Assembly (NCBI GenBank): GCA_048938445.1
Contig: JBHLME010000003.1
Location: 1-64,000 of the forward strand
DNA: 64,000 nucleotides
DNA from: Promethearchaeota archaeon
GTDB taxonomy: Archaea; Asgardarchaeota; Lokiarchaeia; Sigyniarchaeales; SOKP01
Direction: 5' to 3'
A program made the translations under genes and the position numbers. The notes under the pieces were generated by a model. The model worked only from the letters and a program-made list of their open reading frames with translations. It had not been told where the DNA came from and did no database searches. This document shows, piece after piece, positions 41,136-51,293 of the stretch (the stretch's first letter is position 1; each line of letters begins with the position of its first letter).

Positions 41136-43430
41136 TTGAGAGAAAAAATGCCATGTTCAAGGAAAAATAAAAGTATTGCAATATTTATCTTTTTTTTATT
41201 GATTCTATGCTTAATTTTGTTTAGTAATGTCAGAATTTCATATGCGTTAGATAGTAGCGATTCTTTAATAGTCGATTTAAATTTCCTAACTCATGAATTC
41301 TCTGATAAAAAAGAAACAATGAATAATGTAAGCGCGATTAATATTGAATTGCCCTCATCAACTTGGAATATTACCCAATTAGAAATTAATTTTACAAATA
41401 TTGAATATTATAGCCGAGAGCTGAAAACTATTGAAGATTATCCAAATAGTGATGAATTTTTTGTAGACAAGCAAAACACAGAAGGAATTGGAGTTCAAAT
41501 TAGTATAAATGAGATTACAACGATTTATGGTGCTTATCTTAATTTAAAGATATTAGATATCCATATGCATGATGAGCTATATGTTCGAATAAGAGGTTAT
41601 GATTCATCAATCAATGCACCAAATAATACAATCTATGGAGAAGTAACTTTAAATAATACCATAATTGATGGTTGGAATTATCAGAACTTTTCATCATCCA
41701 TAAGACTCCCTAAAGGTAATTATTTTTTAGTACTGGAAGGATTTATTCAGGCGGAAGGTAAATATCATTGGTATTGTAATGATTTAAATCCTAATAATCC
41801 CAATTTATATATATCAAAAAAAAGCGGATCTGGTTGGAGCAATGGAATTCAAAATTCACCATTTTTATATAAATTAGATCAAGAGATAAAGAAGAATAAT
41901 GCTACCCCAGAAGAATTCAATATGACTGCTGAAATAAATGAAGCATCTTATAATATCCTCAATGGTCCATATAATGGTTCTGGAACACTTAATTTAAAAG
42001 CTATCAATTTTTCTCCTCAGGAGGAAATTTTTCATATTAATGTGAAACCAAACAAATTCTTCTTTAATTTGAGTTATTATATTAAATTGAAAAATCAATT
42101 CTATTCTAATGGTTTCGTTAATATAACGGAAAATCAAGATAATTTATGGAAAATTATTCCTGATATTAATAGGTGTAATTATAATTATAGCGTCAAGATT
42201 AAATTACCAAATAATTATTATGATTTAATGGTATTGAAAGACAGTGTAGATATTACTCTATCTGAGAGTATTTTGAATGATGGATATTTTTTATATATAT
42301 TGAATGATACCATTGATAATGATGTTAACTGGGAAATCATGGTAAAATCACCACAAATCGATTTAACTTTAGATCTCAGTAGAGGTACTGAATTTGAATT
42401 AGGTAAAGAATTAATTTTTTCTGCCATAGCTCCAATTAGAGAAGGAAATTTTACCTTTATTGTTTATAATGAACTTGGAGCGGAATTGGAACGAACTATA
42501 ATACCTGTAGTTTTAGATGAAACTATTTATTCTTTCAATATAGAACCAACCGCTTCTCTTGGAGTTTGGTCCGTCTATATATATTGGAACAATTATTATG
42601 AGGCTAGCGTTAAATCTCAAGAATTCACTATTATTCCCCCTTCCTCTGGCAGTTCCTCTCCGCTTGATCTAAATCCTATTCTAATAATTATAATAGCTTT
42701 AATTTTAATTAGTGGTACAATAAGTGTTACTGGTTACCAAACTATAAAAAGAAAAAAGAGAGGAAGAGACTTAAAAATTAAGAAAATTTCAAATAAATTT
42801 AAGGATATACTCAGTCTAAATTATTTAATGATTTCTGATATTAGATCTGGAGTAAATTTATTCGAACAATTCTATATGGGAAAATCAATGGAACCAAGTC
42901 TAATTTCAGGATTTTTAGATGCTATAAAAAATTTTGGGATTGAATTAACCGGTTCTTATAGAAAAACTGAAACATTAACTCTGGATTATGAAGATTCAAT
43001 AATTTTAATGAATGAATGTTCAAATTTCAGGTTAATTATAATAACTTCAGATAAACCTTCAGAGGAATTGACAAATTCAATCACTAATTTAGCAAATGAA
43101 ATTGAAGAAAAATATGGGGATCAGATTCAAAAATTCAGTGGAGGACTAATAACTCAATTTAGAGGTATAAAAGAGTTAATAGAAAAGCATCTGAACGTTT
43201 CGTTTGCCTCTCCATTAAAAATAATTCAATCTACGAAAATAAAACTTGATGCTAGGGAAAAAGTAATCATAGAAAGAGCTAAAGAAATTATGAAACAAAC
43301 TAATTTAAATTATTTTTATACAACATTTCTGATGCCTGATCAACAATTCGATCTTGGAACTACTAAAACCATATTTAATTTGATTGAAAAAAATATATTT
43401 AAACCAATTAATTTAAATTTTAAAGAATGA
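41136..43430 (+). CDS. type-I membrane protein: large extracellular beta region, TM, cytoplasmic longin-like domain
   Basis: Signal peptide, many N-x-S/T sequons, TM followed by KRKKR, then YLMISD..SGVNLF...LISGFLDAIKNFG.EL. Confidence 0.85.
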   Translation: MREKMPCSRKNKSIAIFIFFLLILCLILFSNVRISYALDSSDSLIVDLNFLTHEFSDKKETMNNVSAINIELPSSTWNITQLEINFTNIEYYSRELKTIEDYPNSDEFFVDKQNTEGIGVQISINEITTIYGAYLNLKILDIHMHDELYVRIRGYDSSINAPNNTIYGEVTLNNTIIDGWNYQNFSSSIRLPKGNYFLVLEGFIQAEGKYHWYCNDLNPNNPNLYISKKSGSGWSNGIQNSPFLYKLDQEIKKNNATPEEFNMTAEINEASYNILNGPYNGSGTLNLKAINFSPQEEIFHINVKPNKFFFNLSYYIKLKNQFYSNGFVNITENQDNLWKIIPDINRCNYNYSVKIKLPNNYYDLMVLKDSVDITLSESILNDGYFLYILNDTIDNDVNWEIMVKSPQIDLTLDLSRGTEFELGKELIFSAIAPIREGNFTFIVYNELGAELERTIIPVVLDETIYSFNIEPTASLGVWSVYIYWNNYYEASVKSQEFTIIPPSSGSSSPLDLNPILIIIIALILISGTISVTGYQTIKRKKRGRDLKIKKISNKFKDILSLNYLMISDIRSGVNLFEQFYMGKSMEPSLISGFLDAIKNFGIELTGSYRKTETLTLDYEDSIILMNECSNFRLIIITSDKPSEELTNSITNLANEIEEKYGDQIQKFSGGLITQFRGIKELIEKHLNVSFASPLKIIQSTKIKLDAREKVIIERAKEIMKQTNLNYFYTTFLMPDQQFDLGTTKTIFNLIEKNIFKPINLNFKE

Positions 43431-43530
43431 ATATTAGAATTAGAGTAAATGTAATCAACAAATATTTTAATTGAAAAATCCTAGAATAATTAATTTTACA
43501 TCAAAAAATAATATAAAATAGTATTATATA

Positions 43531-43974
43531 ATGGACGAAATAATTTGGATTTATATCATTGATAAATCTGGAGCAACAATTTTTAGTTATGAAAATTATA
43601 TCAAGGGAACTTCTCAAGTTAACCATGCTTTGTTATCTCATTTTATTCATGCGTTACAATCAGTTGCAAATAATATTAAAGAGGATGAAATTAAAGAAGT
43701 TCTTATAGATAAAAATAAATTCTTCCTAATTAAAGAAAAATTAACAAATTTTCTCTTTATTTTAAAAACTAAACTAAATACTGAATCTGAAATTATTAAT
43801 CCAATATTGAAAAAAATTAAAGATATGTTTATTGAAAGATTTGCAGGACATTTCACTTTGCCTATTCAAGAAAAGGTAAAGATTTTAAAATCTTTCAAGG
43901 AAGATGTTAAAAGAATAATTGAGGGTAAAAACAACGTGTCATCCTTGATTGATTCACTCTCAAGAATGAATTGA
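43531..43974 (+). CDS. stand-alone longin-like domain protein
   Basis: IYIIDKSGATIFS, LLSHFIHAL.S.A, IL.KI...F.ERF. Confidence 0.8.
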   Translation: MDEIIWIYIIDKSGATIFSYENYIKGTSQVNHALLSHFIHALQSVANNIKEDEIKEVLIDKNKFFLIKEKLTNFLFILKTKLNTESEIINPILKKIKDMFIERFAGHFTLPIQEKVKILKSFKEDVKRIIEGKNNVSSLIDSLSRMN

Positions 43975-44162
43975 GACCCTTAAACTGAATCACGTTAATT
44001 CATTTTATATTTACATTCAGTTGTTTTAAATTCTTAGAAGAATTCGTCGAAGATGAGTTGTTGATCATCCAAATAATGATCATTTGTTAAATGAATCACA
44101 TTCAAGGATTAGAAATAATATTTAGATCACCTAGAAGAAGGAATAACTCCTACAGATTAATA

Positions 44163-45092
44163 TTATATTTGTTTGAATGCTTTCTCTAATACCTCTTGAA
44201 ATTTCTCAAATTCTTTCTTTATTTGAAAATGTTCAGCTTTATTTGTCGTGAGACCTAAATAAAAAACATTATCACCGTTTTCAGATTTGACTTCAAATTT
44301 TTTGACATATTCCTTTTGATCATTAAAAAATGAGGTTCTTTCAGAAAAGTGAACTTTTTCATTCACGAGACTCTGAAAAAACTCTAAATCTTCACTAATT
44401 TTCGTACTTATTTTTTGTTCAAAATCCCTAGTGTCAGTTATCTCAGAATAATAGTCTGCTATGATTAATCCTGATTCATCATATAAGATAATATAGTTTG
44501 ATTCTAAGCTTTTTCCAAGGTCTTCAATATATGAATTGACACCATTCAAGTTTATTAATTGACTCAATGAGTATGATACTGCTTTTGATAAGGAGGAGAT
44601 ATCATAATAGGTGGTATCAAAAAACTTGAATCTCATGTGACTATTTTGTTCTAATATTAATTTTTTTAATCTATCCCGACGAGTTATTATTTCTACATCT
44701 TGCTTTAAATTTGGATCAAATTTGCTAAAACACACCATTACTTCATGGGAGTATTCCATATCATTATAAATAATTAAAAGTTTCTTCAAATAAGCAAGTG
44801 AATCTTCAAACTTACTTTCATCTTGAATGTCAATGATATAGTATAGAAAATCCGTTTCTTCAAAATAAACAAGGTTTTTTACGTATAATTGCCTGTATTT
44901 AACTTGCCCTCCCATATCCCATATATTTATTGCGAAAAGATTCAAAAAATTAAATGAATTAAATTCTATTAATTTCGTGGGTAATAATTCCTTCACTAAT
45001 TCATAAAAATTATATTTCCTTCTCAGGGCAATTAAAAAACTGGTTTTTCCAGCATTGTCCAAACCCGTAAAAGCAATTTTTATCTCTTTCAA
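44163..45092 (-). CDS. Arf/Rag-like small GTPase with C-terminal roadblock/longin-like domain
   Basis: GLDNAGKTS, PT, WDMGGQ, SKFD; C-terminal YIILYDESGLIIADY. Confidence 0.88.
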   Translation of the reverse strand: MKEIKIAFTGLDNAGKTSFLIALRRKYNFYELVKELLPTKLIEFNSFNFLNLFAINIWDMGGQVKYRQLYVKNLVYFEETDFLYYIIDIQDESKFEDSLAYLKKLLIIYNDMEYSHEVMVCFSKFDPNLKQDVEIITRRDRLKKLILEQNSHMRFKFFDTTYYDISSLSKAVSYSLSQLINLNGVNSYIEDLGKSLESNYIILYDESGLIIADYYSEITDTRDFEQKISTKISEDLEFFQSLVNEKVHFSERTSFFNDQKEYVKKFEVKSENGDNVFYLGLTTNKAEHFQIKKEFEKFQEVLEKAFKQI

Positions 45093-45179
45093 GATATGCG
45101 AATTCCAACTTAATAAATAATATTAAAAATATTATGAAAAAAGAAGTATTTATGTTTTTTGTAATCGTAAATGAATAAT

Positions 45180-45824
45180 TTAAAAAATTCTACTTACAAA
45201 TTCTTCAAATTTCATGCTTCTCAATTGTTCTGCCCAAAGTGTCTTTAAATTTGGTTTATCTGGCAGAATATTTTCAGTTTTTAAAAGTTCATAAAGTTTT
45301 TCAACGGTTCTTTCAATTAACAATGCTTGAAAAGTAATTTTATCTTTCACATCCTTAGTGCTTTCATCTATTTCATTTTTCATTTCTTTAATTATCCTCA
45401 TCCAGTTCTCTGCAAACTTCATGATCAATTGATCAGTTTTCATTAATTCTTCCATTTTATAAATGGGAAAAGTAATTTCATATTTTTCTCCATCAAATTT
45501 TATCAAATCATTCCATTCAAGGATTAATAAGTGATTTTCGAGGGTTTTGTTTTTCCACTGGTAATTAACATTACATTTATATTCATCGTTTTGAATTAAA
45601 AGAGGTCTTGGTGAAAAATTAATAGTATCATGAAGTTGTTGAAAGGTTTTTGGGCCATCAGCAAGTTTAATGAGTATCTCTCTTCGAACCTTACTTTCGA
45701 CTACCCAAGGTATTTCAGAATCATCCCAGGGTTTATTCGATGCAAAATCGAACCATGGTTGTATTTCATCTACATTTATTTTTCCTACAAATCGATAATC
45801 ATTATATTTTGTATTTTCTTTCAT
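45180..45824 (-). CDS. ArsR-like winged-helix protein
   Basis: RREILIKLADGPKTF..L, LENHL.IL....LI; GGAGG SD; directly downstream of smsCB. Confidence 0.7.
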   Translation of the reverse strand: MKENTKYNDYRFVGKINVDEIQPWFDFASNKPWDDSEIPWVVESKVRREILIKLADGPKTFQQLHDTINFSPRPLLIQNDEYKCNVNYQWKNKTLENHLLILEWNDLIKFDGEKYEITFPIYKMEELMKTDQLIMKFAENWMRIIKEMKNEIDESTKDVKDKITFQALLIERTVEKLYELLKTENILPDKPNLKTLWAEQLRSMKFEEFVSRIF

Positions 45825-45847
45825 GTTTATCCTCCCTTAACAAGAAT

Positions 45848-46810
45848 TCATTCCTCTCCCAACATTGCCTCAATTAATACTTCCGTGGCTTCTTCTTCAG
45901 TCAAACCTTTGGCCATTATTTCATCTAACCACTTTTGTGGAAAGCGACCTAAAGAAGCCTCATGAGAAACGCTAGAAGTTGGATCAGTAGCCCGGATAAA
46001 TGGTCTTGCCCTGCAAATAGATCCTTTTCCAAGAACAATTTCACTACACTCAACATGACCATTACAATGTGGAGCATTACCTTCCGTTATGCCATACATC
46101 AACACTTCTCCCCCATCACGTGCGGCAGCTTTCATTTTCAGAATACTTCTTGCGTTTTCTCCTTCTAAGTAGATTGCATCTCGAATTCTCACGGAATCAT
46201 TTTTATTCTTGCCAAATGCTTTTATATTAGATCTGATGACACTATTTTCCATAGCATAAATATCTAGCATAATTTTTACCTTACCTGGAGTTCCTTTAGT
46301 TAAATTAAAATTATTTTCAAACACGCTATTTTCTCCAATATACATATACCCAACTGGTGCAACTAACGCTCCACTATTCTCTCCATGATAATGAGTTTCA
46401 CTGTAAGTAAAATTACAATTTTTTCCTATATAGAAATGTCCAAACATTTTATGAATCAGTCCATTTGCATTAGGAAAACTACAATGTGCTTGAACAATTA
46501 CATCAGTATTGTCCTCCGCAATTATTCGCGGAAAAATCTCTTGAATTCCCGTTTGCTTGTTAACACCAAAGCATAAATGAACGGGTTCTTCAATTTTAGT
46601 TCCTTCCTTGATGACTATATCTGCTACAATTCCATTAGGAATTTCTCTTCCCTTGAGGATTATTCCCTCATATTGCTCGACACCCTTAATTTTGTTAAAA
46701 TCTAAAAGTAATTTGGCACCTTTTCCATGACCTGGTATGAAATCATTAATATCAATATTATAATCTTCTAAACTTTCCAATATTTCTTCGGGATAATCAC
46801 TATTGGTCAT
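45848..46810 (-). CDS. sufB: SufB/SufD-family Fe-S scaffold (SmsB of the SUF-like minimal system)
   Basis: PVHLCFG, AHC.FP, Y.E.H.HG, GHVEC.EI, HEA..G, GL.EEEA. Confidence 0.92.
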   Translation of the reverse strand: MTNSDYPEEILESLEDYNIDINDFIPGHGKGAKLLLDFNKIKGVEQYEGIILKGREIPNGIVADIVIKEGTKIEEPVHLCFGVNKQTGIQEIFPRIIAEDNTDVIVQAHCSFPNANGLIHKMFGHFYIGKNCNFTYSETHYHGENSGALVAPVGYMYIGENSVFENNFNLTKGTPGKVKIMLDIYAMENSVIRSNIKAFGKNKNDSVRIRDAIYLEGENARSILKMKAAARDGGEVLMYGITEGNAPHCNGHVECSEIVLGKGSICRARPFIRATDPTSSVSHEASLGRFPQKWLDEIMAKGLTEEEATEVLIEAMLGEE

Positions 46811-47604
46811 ATATTCTCCTCTCCTGCAAAAATTCGATCAATATAATCTTCTGGAAAGCATGCTTTTCCATTTCTATAAAGGGTTCTCTTACAAAATTCC
46901 TTCAAACCCGCTTTTTTACAATATCTTAACATTACCCGAGGAAACTCATCCGTGATTAGTGTATCACCATGCCATATGAGTGTACCATAATCCGCAACCA
47001 TTCCAATTTCTTCTCTATGGGTTATAAGCAAGATTGTCATGTTTAAGGTTTTAATTTTATTAAAAATGTTGAAGAAATCTTCGGTAATAATCACATCTAA
47101 TCCACTATCGGGTTCATCTAAAATTATTAATCGGGGTCTCATGGCAACAACAGCTGCCAGTTCAATCCTCTTCCTTTCTCCTCCACTGAGAGTTTCATCA
47201 ACATATCTATTAATATACTTATCTGGAGGTAAATTGACAATATCTAAAGCTTCACGAACCTTTTCTCTTAAATTTATTTTATCTTTAATACCTAGTGAAA
47301 TGTATTTTTTTACGGATAAACCATCAATTCGTGCTGGTTCCTGCCAAGCTAATGTAATACCTAATTTAGCTCGTTCAGTTATACTCATTTCGCTAATATC
47401 TATACTATCAAAAAATATTTTTCCATCGGATGGTTTATAATTTTGAAGGCCCATAATTGTATAGGCTAATGTGGATTTACCTGAACCATTTGGCCCTATG
47501 ATTGCGTGGATGGATCCTTCTTTTACTCCAAATGAGGTTTTATTTATAATGATTTGTTTATTATCTAGCGTTGGAATTGTTAATTCTTGTAATTCTAAAA
47601 GCAT
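46807..47604 (-). CDS. sufC: SufC-family ABC ATPase (SmsC)
   Basis: GPNGSGKSTLAY.IMG, ERAKLGI.LAWQEP, LSGGERKRIE, LDEPDSG; 4-nt overlap with smsB. Confidence 0.93.
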   Translation of the reverse strand: MLLELQELTIPTLDNKQIIINKTSFGVKEGSIHAIIGPNGSGKSTLAYTIMGLQNYKPSDGKIFFDSIDISEMSITERAKLGITLAWQEPARIDGLSVKKYISLGIKDKINLREKVREALDIVNLPPDKYINRYVDETLSGGERKRIELAAVVAMRPRLIILDEPDSGLDVIITEDFFNIFNKIKTLNMTILLITHREEIGMVADYGTLIWHGDTLITDEFPRVMLRYCKKAGLKEFCKRTLYRNGKACFPEDYIDRIFAGEENI

Positions 47605-47798
47605 GAAGAGATCACGTTCTTTTTTTAAATATAAAAAATATCATGATTATAAATCATTAAATTTTTCCATATATTTATTATGCTATACAATTTTGATTTG
47701 AAATATCTAAAATAATTTATACAAATAGATTTAATATATCTTCTATTCTAATAATTTATTAGAATAACAAGAAAAAATAACATGATGTGAACAATTAA

Positions 47799-48587
47799 AT
47801 GGTTCGTAAAGAATATATATGCAAGAAGGGAAAAAGAAGTAGCGTTATAATAGAAGATGTAAGTATTGACATTCAAGAAAATTCTACTTTAATTATTGGT
47901 TTCGCAGGTATTGGATTATTAGGGCCAATAATATGTAATGCGTTAATTGAACAAATTCCTGATGTCAAAGAAATTGGATTTATTACTTCTGAATATTTAC
48001 CACCAATTTCAGTATTCTATGAAGGTGTATTAAAGCATCCATTTAGACTTTTATATTCACCTCAACATAACATTCTTATTGCTATCTGTGAGGTTCCATT
48101 TCAAGTATCTTCGGCATATTCAGATTTAGCTAAAACAATTTGCAATTGGGCTTTATCTGAAGATGTTAGAGCTAAAGAGATCGTAGTTTTTCAAGGTATC
48201 CCTCATAGAGGTGTACTTGATGATTATCCAGTATATTTCGCTGCTGAAGAAAAATTAATGGAAACATTACAGAAATATGGAATTGAGAAAGTAAATAAAG
48301 GAGTTATATTAGGTCCTGAAGCGACGATCCTAAATGAAGCTCTTACAAATCGATTAAATGCTTATGCACTCTTTACTCCTGTTTTAGAAATCCCTACTCC
48401 CGAAGGTGGTGCAGCAATATTAGAAGTCTTAAATGAGATTTATAAATTAAATATTGATACAAAACCTTTAATTGAACAAGGAAAAGAAATAAAAGCTAAA
48501 ATGTTAGAATTAGCCCAGAAAACACAAGAATATCAGCAACAACAATTACCTGAAGCTGGAAAGGGCTATACTCAATACTTTCAATAA
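47799..48587 (+). CDS. PAC2-family proteasome assembly chaperone (second paralogue)
   Basis: IGFAGIGLLG.I, PP..V...G....PFRL, G.ILGP, PTPEGGA, IDTKPLIE. Confidence 0.88.
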   Translation: MVRKEYICKKGKRSSVIIEDVSIDIQENSTLIIGFAGIGLLGPIICNALIEQIPDVKEIGFITSEYLPPISVFYEGVLKHPFRLLYSPQHNILIAICEVPFQVSSAYSDLAKTICNWALSEDVRAKEIVVFQGIPHRGVLDDYPVYFAAEEKLMETLQKYGIEKVNKGVILGPEATILNEALTNRLNAYALFTPVLEIPTPEGGAAILEVLNEIYKLNIDTKPLIEQGKEIKAKMLELAQKTQEYQQQQLPEAGKGYTQYFQ

Positions 48588-48662
48588 ATTAATATTCTTC
48601 TTTTCTTTACTCTTATTTAATTTTACTTTAATTACCTCATTAAAAATTTAATATTTTATAAG

Positions 48663-48674
48663 AAAAACTTTTAT
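48663..48674 (+). promoter_or_regulatory. BRE+TATA promoter, probably giving a leaderless transcript
   Basis: AAAAACTTTTAT ends ~24 nt before ATG 48698. Similar AAAACTTTA(T/A) elements occur near 13494, 21900, 28820 and 32110. Confidence 0.5.
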
Positions 48675-48697
48675 CTTCACTTATTTATTTTAGATTA

Positions 48698-49147
48698 ATG
48701 AAAATGCCTAAGGAAAGATTTGTCCCGATTCAGATTGACCAAGAATTATGCTTGAAATGTGAACGCTGTTTGAAAGCATGTAAAACTAACAAAGCAATTT
48801 ATTTTAAAAATAGCATCCGACTTGTTGATTATAAGAAATGTAAGGGATGTTTGAATTGTGTACAGGTTTGTCCCAGGAACGCAATACAAGTCACGTCCGT
48901 GATGCCTAATCAAGTTTTAAGTATGAAGATTGATCATGATAAATGTAACATGTGTGAACTTTGCTTGGATGATGAGGGTAATTTCTGCCCTAAAAATCTT
49001 TATTATAAAGATAAAATAAAGAAGGATGGAAAAGAAATTGATGGAATTAGATTTAATTTTAAAGAAATCGCAAAATGCCAAGCATGTTTAGTTTGCGAAT
49101 CTTCATGCCCTGAAGGAGCAATAGAATCAGTTGTTTTTGATAATTAA
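48698..49147 (+). CDS. polyferredoxin (four 4Fe-4S motifs)
   Basis: CLKCERC...C, CKGCLNCVQVCP, CNMCELC...CP, CQACLVCESSCP. Confidence 0.92.
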   Translation: MKMPKERFVPIQIDQELCLKCERCLKACKTNKAIYFKNSIRLVDYKKCKGCLNCVQVCPRNAIQVTSVMPNQVLSMKIDHDKCNMCELCLDDEGNFCPKNLYYKDKIKKDGKEIDGIRFNFKEIAKCQACLVCESSCPEGAIESVVFDN

Positions 49148-50352
49148 TTGTTTTTATTTGACTTCTTTTTTGATCCTAAAACATAACCTACCAACCACTC
49201 AAGAGATCCTATACCACCTTTCCCATACCTGTACCATATAAAAGTTAAAATGCCTAAAAATCCAATAAAAGGGAAGACAGTTGTCAAGAAATCTAAAACG
49301 CTAAACCTCCATAAAAATAATGGGATAAAGATGTATTCAATCAAGAAAAGTGTGAGAGACGCTTTTCCATAAAATTTTAACATTCTAACGAAGATATTAT
49401 CCTTTTGCATGATATCAATTATGTAAAAAATAATTGCTATCGTGATCAAGTCTAAACCTAAAGTATAAAGCACGTTAGAATAAGTTCCAGTTATCAAGAA
49501 TTTAACAAGTCCTGTAACTGGTGCAATGTTTTGCTGATTCCACTTATAAAGCAAATCCATGTAAGGATATGCACTTCCAAATTGATATAAGTCATCAGTA
49601 AAATATTTCTGCTCCAAGCCGATAAATATTCCCATGAGAGCAAGAATGATTCCCCACATTAAAAATACCTTTACAAGGTGTTTATACTTCTCATCAGTAC
49701 CTTCAATCATCGTATCATAAATATATTCACCAACAACAGGTGCTATAAAGCAAACAGAAAGCCAAGGTAGGAGGGTAACCTCTGGTTGTGGTGATGAGAT
49801 AATAAAATTAACAATCCAAAAAAAAGGATTAATATTTTGTAAGGTCCAAAAAAAATCTCTAATATCTTCAGAGCTAAAAAGTATTATCAAACCAATTATA
49901 ATACGTGGAAATTTTCTCAGTTTTAAAGCATAATATGTAAAGATTTGAGCAAATCCAATGAACATCAAGATGTTCCAACCCCAAATATTAAGGGAAAATA
50001 AGTTATACAAGAAACCGATGATTATAATAAATAAACCTCTCATATAAATAGAATTTCGAATTACACTTTCGGGAACTTTTCCTTGTTTGCTTTTCGTGGT
50101 GAAAACTACACTTATGGTTGAGAGAACTATAAACATTCCTGGTCCTAAAAATTCTAAAAATATTTGGCCTGCCGCGGCGATAAAAACAACGTTCTTATCT
50201 AACCACGCAAGGCAGAAGTGGAGTAGAATGATAAACATCATGGCTACTCCTCTCGTAACGTCTAAAGAGTCTATTCTTCTAGGTTTTGTTTCAATTGGAT
50301 CAGCTTTAGTTAATAATTCCTCAAGCTCATTGTTCACATTATTATTTGGCAT
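49144..50352 (-). CDS. DUF1624/HGSNAT-like membrane acyltransferase-domain protein
   Basis: RIDSLDVTRGVAM...LH, NILMFIG, LLPWL, G..SLTLF, G.LEW. Confidence 0.8.
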   Translation of the reverse strand: MPNNNVNNELEELLTKADPIETKPRRIDSLDVTRGVAMMFIILLHFCLAWLDKNVVFIAAAGQIFLEFLGPGMFIVLSTISVVFTTKSKQGKVPESVIRNSIYMRGLFIIIIGFLYNLFSLNIWGWNILMFIGFAQIFTYYALKLRKFPRIIIGLIILFSSEDIRDFFWTLQNINPFFWIVNFIISSPQPEVTLLPWLSVCFIAPVVGEYIYDTMIEGTDEKYKHLVKVFLMWGIILALMGIFIGLEQKYFTDDLYQFGSAYPYMDLLYKWNQQNIAPVTGLVKFLITGTYSNVLYTLGLDLITIAIIFYIIDIMQKDNIFVRMLKFYGKASLTLFLIEYIFIPLFLWRFSVLDFLTTVFPFIGFLGILTFIWYRYGKGGIGSLEWLVGYVLGSKKKSNKNN

Positions 50353-50383
50353 GATATCTTAAAAAATTTGTTTTAAAATATGA

Positions 50384-50938
50384 TTAATTCGATATTTCGT
50401 TCAGTTTCTTCAATATGAGATCTTTAATTTGTGAGAAATCCTTAATGACGTGAATTCCTTGCATTTTTTTTAATTTCTCCACGTTTTGAATTTCGATATC
50501 TCTTATTTGGAGTATTAATTCACTACCGTTAGGTCTGTGTGTCTTAATAGGCAAATCTTCTTGATCTGACGGCAATAAATATACTTTCATTCCTCCTTTG
50601 ATTGCTTGTGCAACACAATTAGTAATTAAAGTATCTGCTATTCCATAAGTAATCTTTGCTACAGAATTCGCAGAGACGGGACATACTATGAAAAAATCAT
50701 ATTTACCAATTTGTAAGGGTCCCGCAAGCCAAGGATTATTCGGTGATATTTCTTCTTTAATGTTATTTATTGTCTCTTTAAGATATAACCAATGTCTATA
50801 CCATTTTATAACTTTTACTCCTTCTTTGGATAAAGCAACATGAATTTTTATATCATGATTCTCTTGTAGCTCTTTCATGAGATCAATGGATTCTTTAATG
50901 AGATAACCCGAGCCTGTAAACCCCCAAAGTACTTTCAT
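50384..50938 (-). CDS. afpA: archaeal flavoprotein (AfpA/DmrX family, HFCD fold)
   Basis: WGFTGSG, G.YD, P.SANSVAKI.YGIADTLITN, LPSD, R..E..NV.KL. Confidence 0.85.
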   Translation of the reverse strand: MKVLWGFTGSGYLIKESIDLMKELQENHDIKIHVALSKEGVKVIKWYRHWLYLKETINNIKEEISPNNPWLAGPLQIGKYDFFIVCPVSANSVAKITYGIADTLITNCVAQAIKGGMKVYLLPSDQEDLPIKTHRPNGSELILQIRDIEIQNVEKLKKMQGIHVIKDFSQIKDLILKKLNEISN

Positions 50939-51293
50939 GCTAAATGATTTTTTATTTTAGTTTCTTTTTGTTAATTCAAGCTAATTTAAAAATTTAAGGA
51001 AATTAATATCAATTTAAAATAGATAGAAAAACTATTTTTCTTGATGTTTAATTTTTTTCCAGAAGACTGGCATCTAACATAAAAAATTGAAGAACTCAAT
51101 AATCCATTAAAACCTTCACATTCATTCCATAGGAATTTATATAGTTTCTAATAGAAATGTAGGGTGACGAAATCAAATTTTTATTACATTTGATTTGTTA
51201 TAAAAGATTAAATTATACAAGATTGTTTACGGGGTTTTCAATCTTGTTATAATTAATCGAAAATATATAAGTGAATTATCTAAGAATTAGAAC

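Noticed and set aside
43983-44022. AACTGAAT...ATTCAGTT inverted repeat between convergent genes
   Set aside because: Only 8 bp with a long loop in AT-rich DNA; could be a terminator but cannot be told from chance
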